Below are positions 9,299 to 18,830 of a DNA stretch of 64,000 bases, one piece after another. Source of the stretch: Candidatus Eiseniibacteriota bacterium (lineage in GTDB: Bacteria; Eisenbacteria; RBG-16-71-46). Each line of letters starts with the position of its first letter. Within the stretch, counting starts at the first letter, position 1. The stretch covers positions 32,001 through 96,000 of the forward strand of contig JANMQY010000016.1 in assembly GCA_031370785.1 (NCBI GenBank), written 5' to 3'. The translations under genes were made by a program, and so were the position numbers. Below the pieces are notes generated by a model, which worked only from the letters and a program-made list of their open reading frames with translations, was not told where the DNA came from and did not search any database.

Positions 9299-11400
9299 GG
9301 TTGGGTACTCCTCGACACGTCAGTGGATGACCCCGGTCCTGGGCGATCCAGTGGCTTCGGCCTCGCCGGGACCGCGGAAGCGGGCGGCGGCGGCACGGTG
9401 AAAGGCACCAGAAATCTCGTGCAACGACCCTCTCCGGCCTGCAACTCGCACAGGCGGCAGTCGCACAGCTCGATGTCCGCGATCACGGTGGTGCTGACGA
9501 TGTAGGACGGGATGGTGATGTTGGAGGCCTGTGTGCTTGCCATCGGATTCAGGAACGCCGGCGCGTACACGGTGTCCGCCCCGCTGGCGTCCTGGCCGCG
9601 GAACTTGACGCTGATCCGGATCACGGTGCTGGCCGAGGGACGTCCCGGCGGCGGCTTCGACACGCTGGTCCCGGCGGCTTCGAAGTCGTAGGGGTCGTCG
9701 TCCCCCGCCGGAAGGTTCAGCGTGATGTCCCGGGTCGGATACACGGTCTGTGGCCTCGGCGGGAATGCGGGCGTAAAGCCCGGCTGCGCCGTCCGGAAGT
9801 ACGGCAGCTTGTCCACGTAGAAGGTCAGGATTCGTTTCCTGAGATCCGTCTCGTAGTCGGTTCGCTGGCCGGTCGGTGTGCCGTCCACCTGATTCGCGAA
9901 GATGGGTGGATCGAGCACCTGCAGGTCCATTCCACCGACCCCGCGTCCGTCTCCGTCCTCGGCGCGCAGAATCGCGTAGGCCCTGCCCGCGTTGATCATC
10001 GGCCAGTACGCGTTCATGCGCGGGGCCCGGAAAGTGGAAGCGGGATCGAAGACCGGAAGGACTCCCGAGAGCGAAGGGTAGCTTCGCTGCTGGGACGGAT
10101 TGAGCTCGATCACGACCTGGGAACGGAAGCCGATCGGCGAACCGTTCGGAGGTCCGGGGCGGAGCACGACCGCCGCGCCCGGAGCCAGCCCGCTCGTGTC
10201 GGGGAGGTTCGGATCCTTGTCCGAGACCTTGACGTTGTACGGAGAGTCGGCGTCGATTCCGCCGCCGCTCAGCACCACCCACGAGTTCATGTTGACGGTG
10301 TCGTTCTCGCTGCGCACGTAGATCCGGTTCTTGTAGATCTCGAAGAACGTCCGTTGCTCGGGACGCAACGCGGGGAGCACGGTCACCGAATCCTTGCTGA
10401 GCTGGCTTCCAGTGATGGCAGGCACCGGGGACCCGGGGCTGAGCTCGAGGTAGGTGGCGCCGGTCGCTGCGTCGCGCGTGTACGGAAAGGCGTTCGGGTC
10501 GGGGCCCGCGAACCACGTGTACGGGCTCATGTTCATCTGGAAACGCCGATTGGCCTGACGCGCACCACCTGCCTGATCGACCGCGCGCACAGTGAAGCGC
10601 TTCGCTCCAGGCGCCACGGCGTCCGACGGTCCCGAATTGTAGGTCACCACGCGGGTGGACGAATCCACTTCGATGAAATTGGGCTCGTCGAGCTTGTACT
10701 TGAACTTGGTCACGTATGTGCCGGGCAGCGTGGGCTCGGCGTGCCAGCGGAACGTGAGCATGCTGGTCGATGGAATGGTGTCCTTGACCAGGGTCGCGGC
10801 GTTGACGGTATCGGTGATGAAGAAGGTGCGACGCACCAGCGTCACCCCACCGCCGGGCGCGCGAATGAACAGGTCGCCGATCGCCTTCGCTTCATCGATG
10901 TAGAGCGCGGGAGGGTACTTGTCCTGCGCGTTGAAGATGACCCGGGCCGGAGTCGCGTCCGCGCGGCCCTTGTTGTCCACCGCGTAGACGTAGAACCCGT
11001 GCTGGCGGTCGGGATGTCCCTCGGAGACGTTGAAGATCAACGTCGTGTCGCTGCGCGTAGTGAAGTGGTAGTCGGCAGGCTTGGGGCCAGGGAGATTGGG
11101 AATATCGCGCAGGCCCGGAGGCGGGTCCGGAAGGGTTTCCGTCACCGCGAAGTAGTAGCCGACGACCTCGCCGTCCTCGTCCGCTCCGGCCCAGTACAGG
11201 TGGAAGCGAACCGGGATCTTCCCGGGCGGTGAAGGCACGACCCTGCCCTGCGCGTCCTTGGTGACCAGAGTGTCCTGGGGCGCCGCGGTAAGCCAGGTTT
11301 CAGGGGCTTTATTGTTGTCGGCGGGCGACAGAGGCTTGCGACATCCGAGACCCGCGAGAATCGCGATGACAAATAGAAATACACCAGCACGTAAACGCAT
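9295..11400 (-). CDS. Uncharacterised large lipoprotein, related to the downstream lipoprotein
   Basis: Lipobox LAGLGC; NKAPETWLTAAP, WAGADEDGEVVGY, FYVYAVDNKG modules; C-terminal CDCRLC...C. Confidence 0.8.
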   Translation of the reverse strand: MRLRAGVFLFVIAILAGLGCRKPLSPADNNKAPETWLTAAPQDTLVTKDAQGRVVPSPPGKIPVRFHLYWAGADEDGEVVGYYFAVTETLPDPPPGLRDIPNLPGPKPADYHFTTRSDTTLIFNVSEGHPDRQHGFYVYAVDNKGRADATPARVIFNAQDKYPPALYIDEAKAIGDLFIRAPGGGVTLVRRTFFITDTVNAATLVKDTIPSTSMLTFRWHAEPTLPGTYVTKFKYKLDEPNFIEVDSSTRVVTYNSGPSDAVAPGAKRFTVRAVDQAGGARQANRRFQMNMSPYTWFAGPDPNAFPYTRDAATGATYLELSPGSPVPAITGSQLSKDSVTVLPALRPEQRTFFEIYKNRIYVRSENDTVNMNSWVVLSGGGIDADSPYNVKVSDKDPNLPDTSGLAPGAAVVLRPGPPNGSPIGFRSQVVIELNPSQQRSYPSLSGVLPVFDPASTFRAPRMNAYWPMINAGRAYAILRAEDGDGRGVGGMDLQVLDPPIFANQVDGTPTGQRTDYETDLRKRILTFYVDKLPYFRTAQPGFTPAFPPRPQTVYPTRDITLNLPAGDDDPYDFEAAGTSVSKPPPGRPSASTVIRISVKFRGQDASGADTVYAPAFLNPMASTQASNITIPSYIVSTTVIADIELCDCRLCELQAGEGRCTRFLVPFTVPPPPASAVPARPKPLDRPGPGSSTDVSRSTQP

Positions 11401-11443
11401 TCACGTCCCCCGGCACGCCCAGTCTTGTGAAGGGAATGGGGGG

Positions 11444-11472
11444 ACGCTATCAAGCGGGGAACAGGGCGTCAA
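11444..11472 (-). promoter_or_regulatory. sigma70-type promoter for the lipoprotein operon
   Basis: Minus strand TTGACG-17 nt-TAGCGT, about 45 nt upstream of the 11400 start. Confidence 0.65.
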
Positions 11473-11569
11473 GCGGCAAAACCGGGCAAACGCTGGATTT
11501 CGACCGGACCCGAAGGCTCGAGAGCCGCACGGTGAACTCGACGATGACCGCCTGGCCTGGATTCCGCAC

Positions 11570-11605
11570 AAAAGACGGCGGACGGGGCTTGCGCCCCGCC
11601 CGCCG
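11570..11605 (-). terminator. Rho-independent terminator of the giant secreted protein gene
   Basis: Minus strand CGGCGGGCGGGGC-GCAA-GCCCCGTCCGCCG followed by TCTTTT, 20 nt after the stop at 11626. Confidence 0.8.
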
Positions 11606-11625
11606 CTTGAAACCGCAGACCGTCT

Positions 11626-14600
11626 TTACTTCAGGACGATCAGCTTCTTCGCATCGACGAACCGGCTGTTCACGTACTTGACCTGAGTGAAGTAGACGCC
11701 ACGGGCAACCTGCGCACCGTGATCGTTCACGCCGTCCCAGGTAATGGTGTGCTCACCGGCGGGGAACTGACGCTCCACCAGATTGCGCACCTGCCGACCG
11801 GCGACGTCGTACACCTTGATCTCGACCCGGTCAGACTTCGCCAGGCCGAAGTGCACGGACGCCATACCCGTCGTGAGCGGGTTGTTCCGCAGGTTCATGA
11901 AGTTCACGAACTGCGAACCATCGCGCAGCCCCGGGACGTCCAACGTCACCAGCGCATTCCCAACAACTGGGCAGCCACTGATTCCGGCGAAGACGTTCGA
12001 GAGCGCGTTGTAGTAGTACGCGAGACGACCATAGCTCGTGATGTCGTACCGGCTGGTCACAGTCGCGATATCGAAGCCTTCCGCAATTGCCACCCACGGA
12101 CGAGCCGCCGAAATCGGCTTGACGCTCACGGCCACGTACGGACCATTCGTACCCACGTTCTGGTATTCCGCGCCGGTGACCACCTCAGGAATGCCGAGCT
12201 GATTCAGGAGCAGCACGTCCTGGGTGTACGTGCACGAATTGCGGACACCGTAGATGTCCGAAGCGTGCGCCGCACCGACCAGAGCACTCGTCGGGATCAG
12301 ATCAGCAGCCTGAGCCGAGTTCAGCGAAGCTGCGCGGTAACCCGGGAAGTTGAGATCCATTCCGAAGAACAGGGTGTTCAGGTCTTCCTGATAGAAGTCC
12401 CAATCGAAGTTCGACTGGGCGAAGCCATTGCCGCCGACCCACACGCCGACCGGGTTCGCCGTCGTCGCGCCGAGCATGTAGTCCTCGAACGCCTTGACGT
12501 CGTCAGCCGTCTTGTCGGTCACAGGACCCAGCAGGCCCGAGTTGAGATCGCCGAACAGGGCGAAGACAACTTTGTAGTAGGCCTGCAGCATCTCGGTGGT
12601 CGGTGCATTCAAGGCGTACTTGTTGTGGACCTTGTTGGCCGCGGCCGGATTGCGAACCGCGAAGCGGGAGCCGAGTGAACCGGAACCCGTATTCAGCGAC
12701 TCCGAGGCCTTCACGCCGTACATGTCGAACAACGTTCCGGCAGACAGATTCTTGCCATGCACGCGGTACGCCGGGTTGTTGATGGCGTCTCCCGTGCTGC
12801 CGGTGTGGTTGTCGACGTTGCCCGGTGCCCGCCAACCGTTGTGACCGCCACGATGCGCCGCACTGGTGGCGCCGATCGAGTCAGCAACGCTGACCCAGAT
12901 CCGCTCGTCACCACGGCGATCGTTCCAGTCGACATAGAGCATGCAGGCGCTCTTCCAACGATCCGGAAGGACGCTGAACTCCTGCCAACGGTGAGCGTCG
13001 GTCGAGGATTCGAGCTCCTGCGGCGTCACGGTGTTCGTGTCAGGAACCATGTCGAATACCGTGGCCACACCCTTGAGATCCTGACGACGGAAGAAGTACT
13101 GGACGTGCGTGCCAGGCGTGAAGATTCCGTCCGGCAGAATCGAGGTGTACTCGATCGTCGACGCATTGCCGTCGTAGCCGACAGCCGCTGGATTCGACGT
13201 CACCCACGACGGCGGAGTGCCGTTGCAGACGACGTTAGGATCCGTGAGGGAGGCATTCACCGGATCGACTATGAAGCAGCGGAACTTGCTGAGGCCGAGC
13301 GACGTGTAGTGCGGGTCGAGCTCGTGCAGAGTCGACTGCCACGCCGTTCCGCCGACGTCCTGCGGAATGAAGCCCTTGCCCAGCACCGGGAAGTAGTTGG
13401 TCTCCTGCGTGTCGCAGCGAGCGCTGTTCCACACGATGGAGCTCCAACCGCTCGGAGCGGCCGCGTGCTGAGCGATTGCGCCGGACGAAGACTTCTCACC
13501 CGGGATCGCTTCATACGCGCCCCAGAACGAGCCGTCGCCAACGGTGACGGGGGTCGTGCTGGTCGGAATACGACGCAGACCGGTCGACGGATCGCCCACG
13601 GTGACGTAGTTGCCGACGCCGGGACGAATGCGGAAGACCATGTCGATCCGGAGCGAATCGCCCGGAGAGATGACGGAAACCGAGTCACCCGGAACGTCGA
13701 AGCGCAGGCCGGAAGCACCCGGGGTCTGAGTGGTATTCAGACCGGTACGGATGAGTGCTGCGGTCGTGTCGAAGTTCGCGGTGCCGGGAAGTCCGGCGGT
13801 CTCATTCGCAGGGAACGTGTCCTGGAACCAGTGCCAGATGTCGACGCTGATCGCCTGCGGATTGCCGTCGATGATCACGAGGGCGGAATTATCGAAGTAG
13901 CATCCGTCCGTCGGGGAGCACCCGGCCGTGACACCGAAGCGATAGCAGGTCTGGATCTTGCGCAGCATGATTCGCATGGAGTCCGGAATGGCAGTGGGAT
14001 TCGAGGTCTTTATGAGGCCATACTGCTTGGCAGCGTCTAAAACATAGAAACACTGCTTGTCCGGGTTGAAGAAGATGAATCCCGGGGTACGGATGGCGCC
14101 CCACTCCTTGGTTCCGGGAGCAGGACCACCGGCAGGCTGGGTCGAGGGGTAGTTCTGCATACCACTCTGCCAGGCGTTGCCGGACGCGAAGATGTCGAAG
14201 ATACCGGCATATATCGCGTACCAGATGTAGTAGTCCGCGGTAGCGGTCGCCTCTTCACCGGTCAGATCCCAGGCATTCTTGGTCTTCGAGAGCGCCTTGA
14301 GGTTGACGGTGGGAGAGATCATGCCCCAGCTGCCGGCTTCGTTCGGGCTGTGATTCGCGTTGTTGATCGGATCGCCAGCACGCTCGAAGAAGTCGTGGTT
14401 ACCGGCCGAAACCACTGTGCCCTTGAGGTCGCAGATGCGGAACGTGCTGTTCACGTCACCGCACAGGTCCTCGAAGGTCAGGCTTGCCAGATTGTGCGCA
14501 TGGAAGTAGATCGCCGGCGGCTTGCCGGTCGACTTCCACCGCTGCTCGGCCGTGAACGACGAGCTGTTGTCGATATCGCTTGCGGCCGATTCGAAGTCAC

Positions 14601-15918
14601 CGATGGTGACCGCGCCGGCGCCGATGTTGTAAGCGACGTCATCCAGCCGCGCCGCACCACGGCCCTTCGAAGTAAACGCCGTGCCCTGATCGTCGAAGCC
14701 ACGGTTGGTGTGCACACGGAACACCACACGCAGCCTGTTGCCCGACGACTTGAGTGCGTTCACGTCCGCGTTGCTGATGACGATGCTGGGAGAGCCGGCC
14801 GAGCTGTCCGTGCTGCTGAACAGCCACAGCCGCTTGTCCTTGTTCACGACCTCGTTGAACCAGCGACGGAGGTCGTCGTAGATCGCACGGGTCGTACCAT
14901 CCGAGCCCTTCCAGGTGCCTTCCACCGGCTCGCCCACGTACACCTGGAACGAGTCGACCGGAGCCAGGGCGTTTGCCGCGAATGCCGGCGGTCCCGCCTC
15001 GGCGCTGATGAAGTTGCCCGCGGCCGTGGTGAGAGGATCGCCATCGAACCAGCCGGTCCGGGTGGCGGGCGCCACACCCTTGCCCGTCGACATCTGAGTC
15101 GCATAGTTGAAGCTCAGCGTCAGATTGTTGGCGCCGATGCCTGAGACGTCGATGTCACGGTAGAGAATCTGATCCATCTGCGAGGCGTAGCCCGGGAAGC
15201 GATCCCCGGCGCCGTTGCCGATGGTCGAGGTGTTGGTCTGATTGCTGGTCATCTGAAGCGCGCCGACGTTGAAGGCGTTGCCCGTGAGGGGGTCCGACAC
15301 CGTCAAATCGCCGGCATTGCGAAGACCCATCCACGCCGACCTGGTGCCGGTGATCGGGGTCCAGCCCACGCCGAGTCCGGCGCCGGCTCCGGTGTTACCC
15401 GGATCGCTGTGCCACACACCCACTACGCCGAACGTGCGGTTGCCGACCAGATTCGACGTGTAGTCGTGGCTCCGCGCTTCGTTGATCACGTAGTTGGCGG
15501 TGTTGCCCATTTCGATCGCCCACCAGGGACGATTGACGTCGACGCGCACGGCACCAGAAGCGTTGCCGTGAACCATGCGAATCGACCACCAGCCCTGCAT
15601 GGAGTCCCCGTTCACCGGGTTCTCCCAGGTCCAGAGTCCGTTCTCGTTGGAGTTCGGACGATTCGGACCTTTTCCGACCTTCCAGTAATTCGTGGCGCCC
15701 GGCAGATTGGAGTAGCCGACCCACACCGTATCGTTCGGACTCGGGGTGGACGAGACTCCCATCTTGGCGGCACGCGAGCGCAACTGGGTGGACATCTGTG
15801 CGTTGTTCAGCATCGGCTGAACGCCGTCACCGAGTCCATTGTCCTGCGCGATCGCGAGACTCGCCGTGAGCGCAGCAGCCCCTGCCATCAGGAGCAGCGC
15901 GACGTACGACTTTCTCAT
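11626..15918 (-). CDS. Giant (about 1430 aa) secreted protein with C-terminal FlgD-Ig domain, function unknown
   Basis: GGAGG RBS before MRKSYVALLLMAGAAALTASLAIA (signal peptide); C-terminus NNP...VEIKVYDVAGRQVR...WDGVNDHGAQVARGVYF. Confidence 0.88.
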   Translation of the reverse strand: MRKSYVALLLMAGAAALTASLAIAQDNGLGDGVQPMLNNAQMSTQLRSRAAKMGVSSTPSPNDTVWVGYSNLPGATNYWKVGKGPNRPNSNENGLWTWENPVNGDSMQGWWSIRMVHGNASGAVRVDVNRPWWAIEMGNTANYVINEARSHDYTSNLVGNRTFGVVGVWHSDPGNTGAGAGLGVGWTPITGTRSAWMGLRNAGDLTVSDPLTGNAFNVGALQMTSNQTNTSTIGNGAGDRFPGYASQMDQILYRDIDVSGIGANNLTLSFNYATQMSTGKGVAPATRTGWFDGDPLTTAAGNFISAEAGPPAFAANALAPVDSFQVYVGEPVEGTWKGSDGTTRAIYDDLRRWFNEVVNKDKRLWLFSSTDSSAGSPSIVISNADVNALKSSGNRLRVVFRVHTNRGFDDQGTAFTSKGRGAARLDDVAYNIGAGAVTIGDFESAASDIDNSSSFTAEQRWKSTGKPPAIYFHAHNLASLTFEDLCGDVNSTFRICDLKGTVVSAGNHDFFERAGDPINNANHSPNEAGSWGMISPTVNLKALSKTKNAWDLTGEEATATADYYIWYAIYAGIFDIFASGNAWQSGMQNYPSTQPAGGPAPGTKEWGAIRTPGFIFFNPDKQCFYVLDAAKQYGLIKTSNPTAIPDSMRIMLRKIQTCYRFGVTAGCSPTDGCYFDNSALVIIDGNPQAISVDIWHWFQDTFPANETAGLPGTANFDTTAALIRTGLNTTQTPGASGLRFDVPGDSVSVISPGDSLRIDMVFRIRPGVGNYVTVGDPSTGLRRIPTSTTPVTVGDGSFWGAYEAIPGEKSSSGAIAQHAAAPSGWSSIVWNSARCDTQETNYFPVLGKGFIPQDVGGTAWQSTLHELDPHYTSLGLSKFRCFIVDPVNASLTDPNVVCNGTPPSWVTSNPAAVGYDGNASTIEYTSILPDGIFTPGTHVQYFFRRQDLKGVATVFDMVPDTNTVTPQELESSTDAHRWQEFSVLPDRWKSACMLYVDWNDRRGDERIWVSVADSIGATSAAHRGGHNGWRAPGNVDNHTGSTGDAINNPAYRVHGKNLSAGTLFDMYGVKASESLNTGSGSLGSRFAVRNPAAANKVHNKYALNAPTTEMLQAYYKVVFALFGDLNSGLLGPVTDKTADDVKAFEDYMLGATTANPVGVWVGGNGFAQSNFDWDFYQEDLNTLFFGMDLNFPGYRAASLNSAQAADLIPTSALVGAAHASDIYGVRNSCTYTQDVLLLNQLGIPEVVTGAEYQNVGTNGPYVAVSVKPISAARPWVAIAEGFDIATVTSRYDITSYGRLAYYYNALSNVFAGISGCPVVGNALVTLDVPGLRDGSQFVNFMNLRNNPLTTGMASVHFGLAKSDRVEIKVYDVAGRQVRNLVERQFPAGEHTITWDGVNDHGAQVARGVYFTQVKYVNSRFVDAKKLIVLK

Positions 15919-16261
15919 CTGACTACCTCCATCGTCGCAATGCATGGGCAATGCGAAGTCTTCCAAATTACAGATTGCGAGCGAGGTGTCGCGGAAAACA
16001 GTTCGGCCGCCGGACTCTCAAGTGAAACGAGTGGAATCCGTCGGACGATAGCTGCTCGAAGAGCCCATCCCCCCTTTCCGCTGCCGCGCGCCGGTCTTTA
16101 GGCAGTTCAGACCGAACACGGCACTATTGAATGCGCGAACTCGTTGTCGAGCTGAAGAGCACACGTCGACCGCTGCCAGCCATCGGGTGCCCAACAACCG
16201 CGGAACTTGAGGTGCATCTGGGGGTTCATACAGGACGCACCACTACCCCAGCACGAGAAGA

Positions 16262-16291
16262 AGGCTAGGACTCCTGACAGGGTTCTGTCAA
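16262..16291 (-). promoter_or_regulatory. sigma70 promoter of the giant secreted gene, with a palindrome overlapping -35
   Basis: TTGACA-18 nt-TAGCCT on the minus strand, upstream A-tract; TGACAG-N4-CTGTCA palindrome at 16275-16290. Confidence 0.7.
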
Positions 16292-16331
16292 TCCGTTTTT
16301 TTGCTGAGACTTGGCGTCGGTGCAAGCCGCT

Positions 16332-17636
16332 TCAATTCAGCATGATCGAGCGCGCCGCCCATGCCGAAATCCATCCGGCATCCTGACTGGCGACCAGCAC
16401 GGGACCTTTCTCCGCGCGCCTGGCGATCAGAGCGCCCAGAGCCATGCGCCTCATGGGGTCGAGCCCCGCGGTCGGCTCATCCAGGCAGAGCAGTCCGGCC
16501 GGGGCGATGAGCGCTCCGATCACCTGGACCATGCGCTTCTCGCCGCCCGATAGCCCCCAGCACCGGCGCTCGAAGAATGTGCCGGGCGAGAGCCCGAGCG
16601 ATTCGAAGCAGGCCGCGGCGCGCGCGAGCGCGGCGGATCGGACCACTCCCCTGCTGACCGCGGCGTAGACCAGCTCGTCCGCTACCCTCTCTTCGAAGAT
16701 CTGGTGCTCCGGGTACTGCGTCGCCAGAATCGGAGGCGGACCCGCGATGACCTCCGGATCGAGCGTGATCTGATCCGGGCGGATGAGGCCGCTCGCGGCC
16801 GCGAGAATCACGCTCTTCCCGGAACCGTTGGGGCCCGAAACCGCGGTCACCGCGCGGGATGCCAGCACGATCTCGCTCATGGCACCGACCTGCACGCGCG
16901 GCCCCTCGAGCGGCAGCCGGGGCGAAACCCGGATCGTCAGAGCGACCTCGCTCCCGGGATCGGGCGTCGGGTCGGACCCTCGCGGCGGCCGCCCGGCGGA
17001 TTCGCCCAGATCCAGGGTGCGATCGGCGGCGCTGCGCTCGACCGGGTCCTGCGTCACCCACACCACTGCAAGGCCGCGCCCCACTTCCTCCCGTACCAGC
17101 GCCAGCACCGCGGCGCGGGCCGCGGGGTCGAGGTGGGCGGCCGGCTCGTCGGCAATCAGCAGGCGGGGAGAGGCCGCGAGGGCCGCGGCGATCAGAACCA
17201 GCTGCTGGCGCCCTGCTGAGAGGGAAGCGCTCTCGCGCGTCAGCTCCGAGCCCAGGCCCAGCCGCTCGGCCAGAGCCGACACCTGGCCCTTGACCTCGGA
17301 GGGTGGGCGAGCGAGGTTCCGGGCGGTGAATGCGATCTCGTCGGCGACGTGCCGCTGGAGCAGCTGACTCGCGGGGTCCTGCAGCACCACCGCGACCTGG
17401 GCCCGCTCGCGGGGATGGCTCTCGGGTCCGAAGGCGCGCCCGTTCAACTCCAGCGTGCCGCGCCGCGCGGGCCACAGACCGGCGAGGGTGAGAGCGAGCG
17501 TGGACTTGCCGCCGCCATTCGGTCCGCCAACCGCGAGCCACTCCCCGGGCCTAAGGTCAAGCGACAGGCCGCGCAGCACAGCTTCCGGTGCCCCCGGCGG
17601 ACCGCCCCACAGATCGCACGCGCGGAGCAGCGGCAC
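16332..17636 (-). CDS. ECF-type ABC ATPase with two fused ATPase domains (EcfA-A' / CbiO-like)
   Basis: Two Walker A motifs (GPNGGGKST, GPNGSGKS), QDP/QYPE Q-loops, LSAG/LSGG signatures, DEP Walker B; start placed at GTG (VPLLRA). Confidence 0.82.
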   Translation of the reverse strand: MPLLRACDLWGGPPGAPEAVLRGLSLDLRPGEWLAVGGPNGGGKSTLALTLAGLWPARRGTLELNGRAFGPESHPRERAQVAVVLQDPASQLLQRHVADEIAFTARNLARPPSEVKGQVSALAERLGLGSELTRESASLSAGRQQLVLIAAALAASPRLLIADEPAAHLDPAARAAVLALVREEVGRGLAVVWVTQDPVERSAADRTLDLGESAGRPPRGSDPTPDPGSEVALTIRVSPRLPLEGPRVQVGAMSEIVLASRAVTAVSGPNGSGKSVILAAASGLIRPDQITLDPEVIAGPPPILATQYPEHQIFEERVADELVYAAVSRGVVRSAALARAAACFESLGLSPGTFFERRCWGLSGGEKRMVQVIGALIAPAGLLCLDEPTAGLDPMRRMALGALIARRAEKGPVLVASQDAGWISAWAARSIMLN

Positions 17637-17647
17637 GCCGGAACCGC

Positions 17648-18826
17648 TCAAGCGCCCGGGCGCCGGTTCCAGGCCGCAAGCGCGGCCTCGGCGACCTCGC
17701 GCAGCGAGCGCGCACCCCGCTCGGCCGCCGCGCGAACCGATTCGAACTCGGGCACCGCGCGCTCGCTGCCGTCCGGCAGAGCCGCGACCTTGAGCGCAAT
17801 CTTTCCGTACGTGGTCTCGACCTCGACCTGGTGACGCGGCAGCTCGTAGCGCTCGTCGATCCGGACCCGCACGCCCAGAGTCGAGGTGTCGCGCATCAGG
17901 CGCTGAGCAAGCGCCTCGGCGTCGGCCGGCTCCGCGATCACGACCAGCCACAATCCGGGGCGCCCCTTCTTCATGACGGTCGGCACCACCATGGCATCCA
18001 GCGCGCCGGCCGCGAGCAGCTGCGGAATCAGCGCCGCCACGTACTGGGGGTTGTCATCGTCGAGCGCGGTCTCGAGCACCGCGACCGGGCGCCGGCCCGC
18101 ACGCGCGTTCTCGACCTCGCCGATCATCACCCGCAGCACGTTCGGCTGCTCCGCGAGATCGCGCCCGCCGGCGCCGGTGCCGATGCGCTCGAGCCGATAC
18201 GGCGGGGGCGCCTCCCAGCGCCGGACCAGCGTGCTCAGCAGCGCGGCGCCGGTTGGCGTCACCAGTTCGAAATCGACCGGACCGTGGCGCACCGGAACTC
18301 CGCGCAGGAGCAGCGCGGTGGCCGGCGCCGGCACCGGGATGCGGCCATGCTCGCAGTCCACCGTGCCGCCGCCGAGCGGAAGGGTCGACGCATACACCTC
18401 GTCGACTCCCAGAGCGTGGAGTCCCTCGACCGCGCCGACCACGTCGATCAGAGCATCCACCGCCCCGACCTCGTGAAAGTGCACCTTCTCGAGGGTGGTG
18501 CCGTGCACCTCGGCCTCGGCTTCGGCCAGCCTGCGGAAGACGGCGCGCGCTCCGGCACGCACCGGCGCGGCGAGATCGCCGGCGTCGATCATGGCTTCGA
18601 GGTGCTGGAGATGGCGGTGCGGCTGTTTTCCCTCCGCGTGCACGTCCACCTTGACCGCGGTGAACGCGCCGCGGCGCGCCGCTCCGATCTCGACCCGCGC
18701 GCCTTCGAGATGGAGCCTGCGCGGCAGCGCTTCGAGCTCGGCCGCCGGCCAGCCCGCCGAGACCAGCGCACCCAGCGTCATGTCGCCGCTGATTCCCGAG
18801 AAACAGTCGAAGTAGGCGAGCCTCAA
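17648..18826 (-). CDS. larC: Nickel-pincer cofactor biosynthesis protein LarC
   Basis: YFDCFSGISGDM, VHFHEVGAVDA, HGRIPVPAPAT, ELVTPTGAA, MKKGRPG, TLGVR, PEFE; TTG start. Confidence 0.95.
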   Translation of the reverse strand: MRLAYFDCFSGISGDMTLGALVSAGWPAAELEALPRRLHLEGARVEIGAARRGAFTAVKVDVHAEGKQPHRHLQHLEAMIDAGDLAAPVRAGARAVFRRLAEAEAEVHGTTLEKVHFHEVGAVDALIDVVGAVEGLHALGVDEVYASTLPLGGGTVDCEHGRIPVPAPATALLLRGVPVRHGPVDFELVTPTGAALLSTLVRRWEAPPPYRLERIGTGAGGRDLAEQPNVLRVMIGEVENARAGRRPVAVLETALDDDNPQYVAALIPQLLAAGALDAMVVPTVMKKGRPGLWLVVIAEPADAEALAQRLMRDTSTLGVRVRIDERYELPRHQVEVETTYGKIALKVAALPDGSERAVPEFESVRAAAERGARSLREVAEAALAAWNRRPGA

Positions 18827-18830
18827 CCCC

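Noticed and set aside
11470..11570. GGCAAAC-containing segment resembling a c-di-GMP-I riboswitch
   Set aside because: Wrong strand for the downstream gene, and the GAAA tetraloop and GACGCAAAGC elements are missing.
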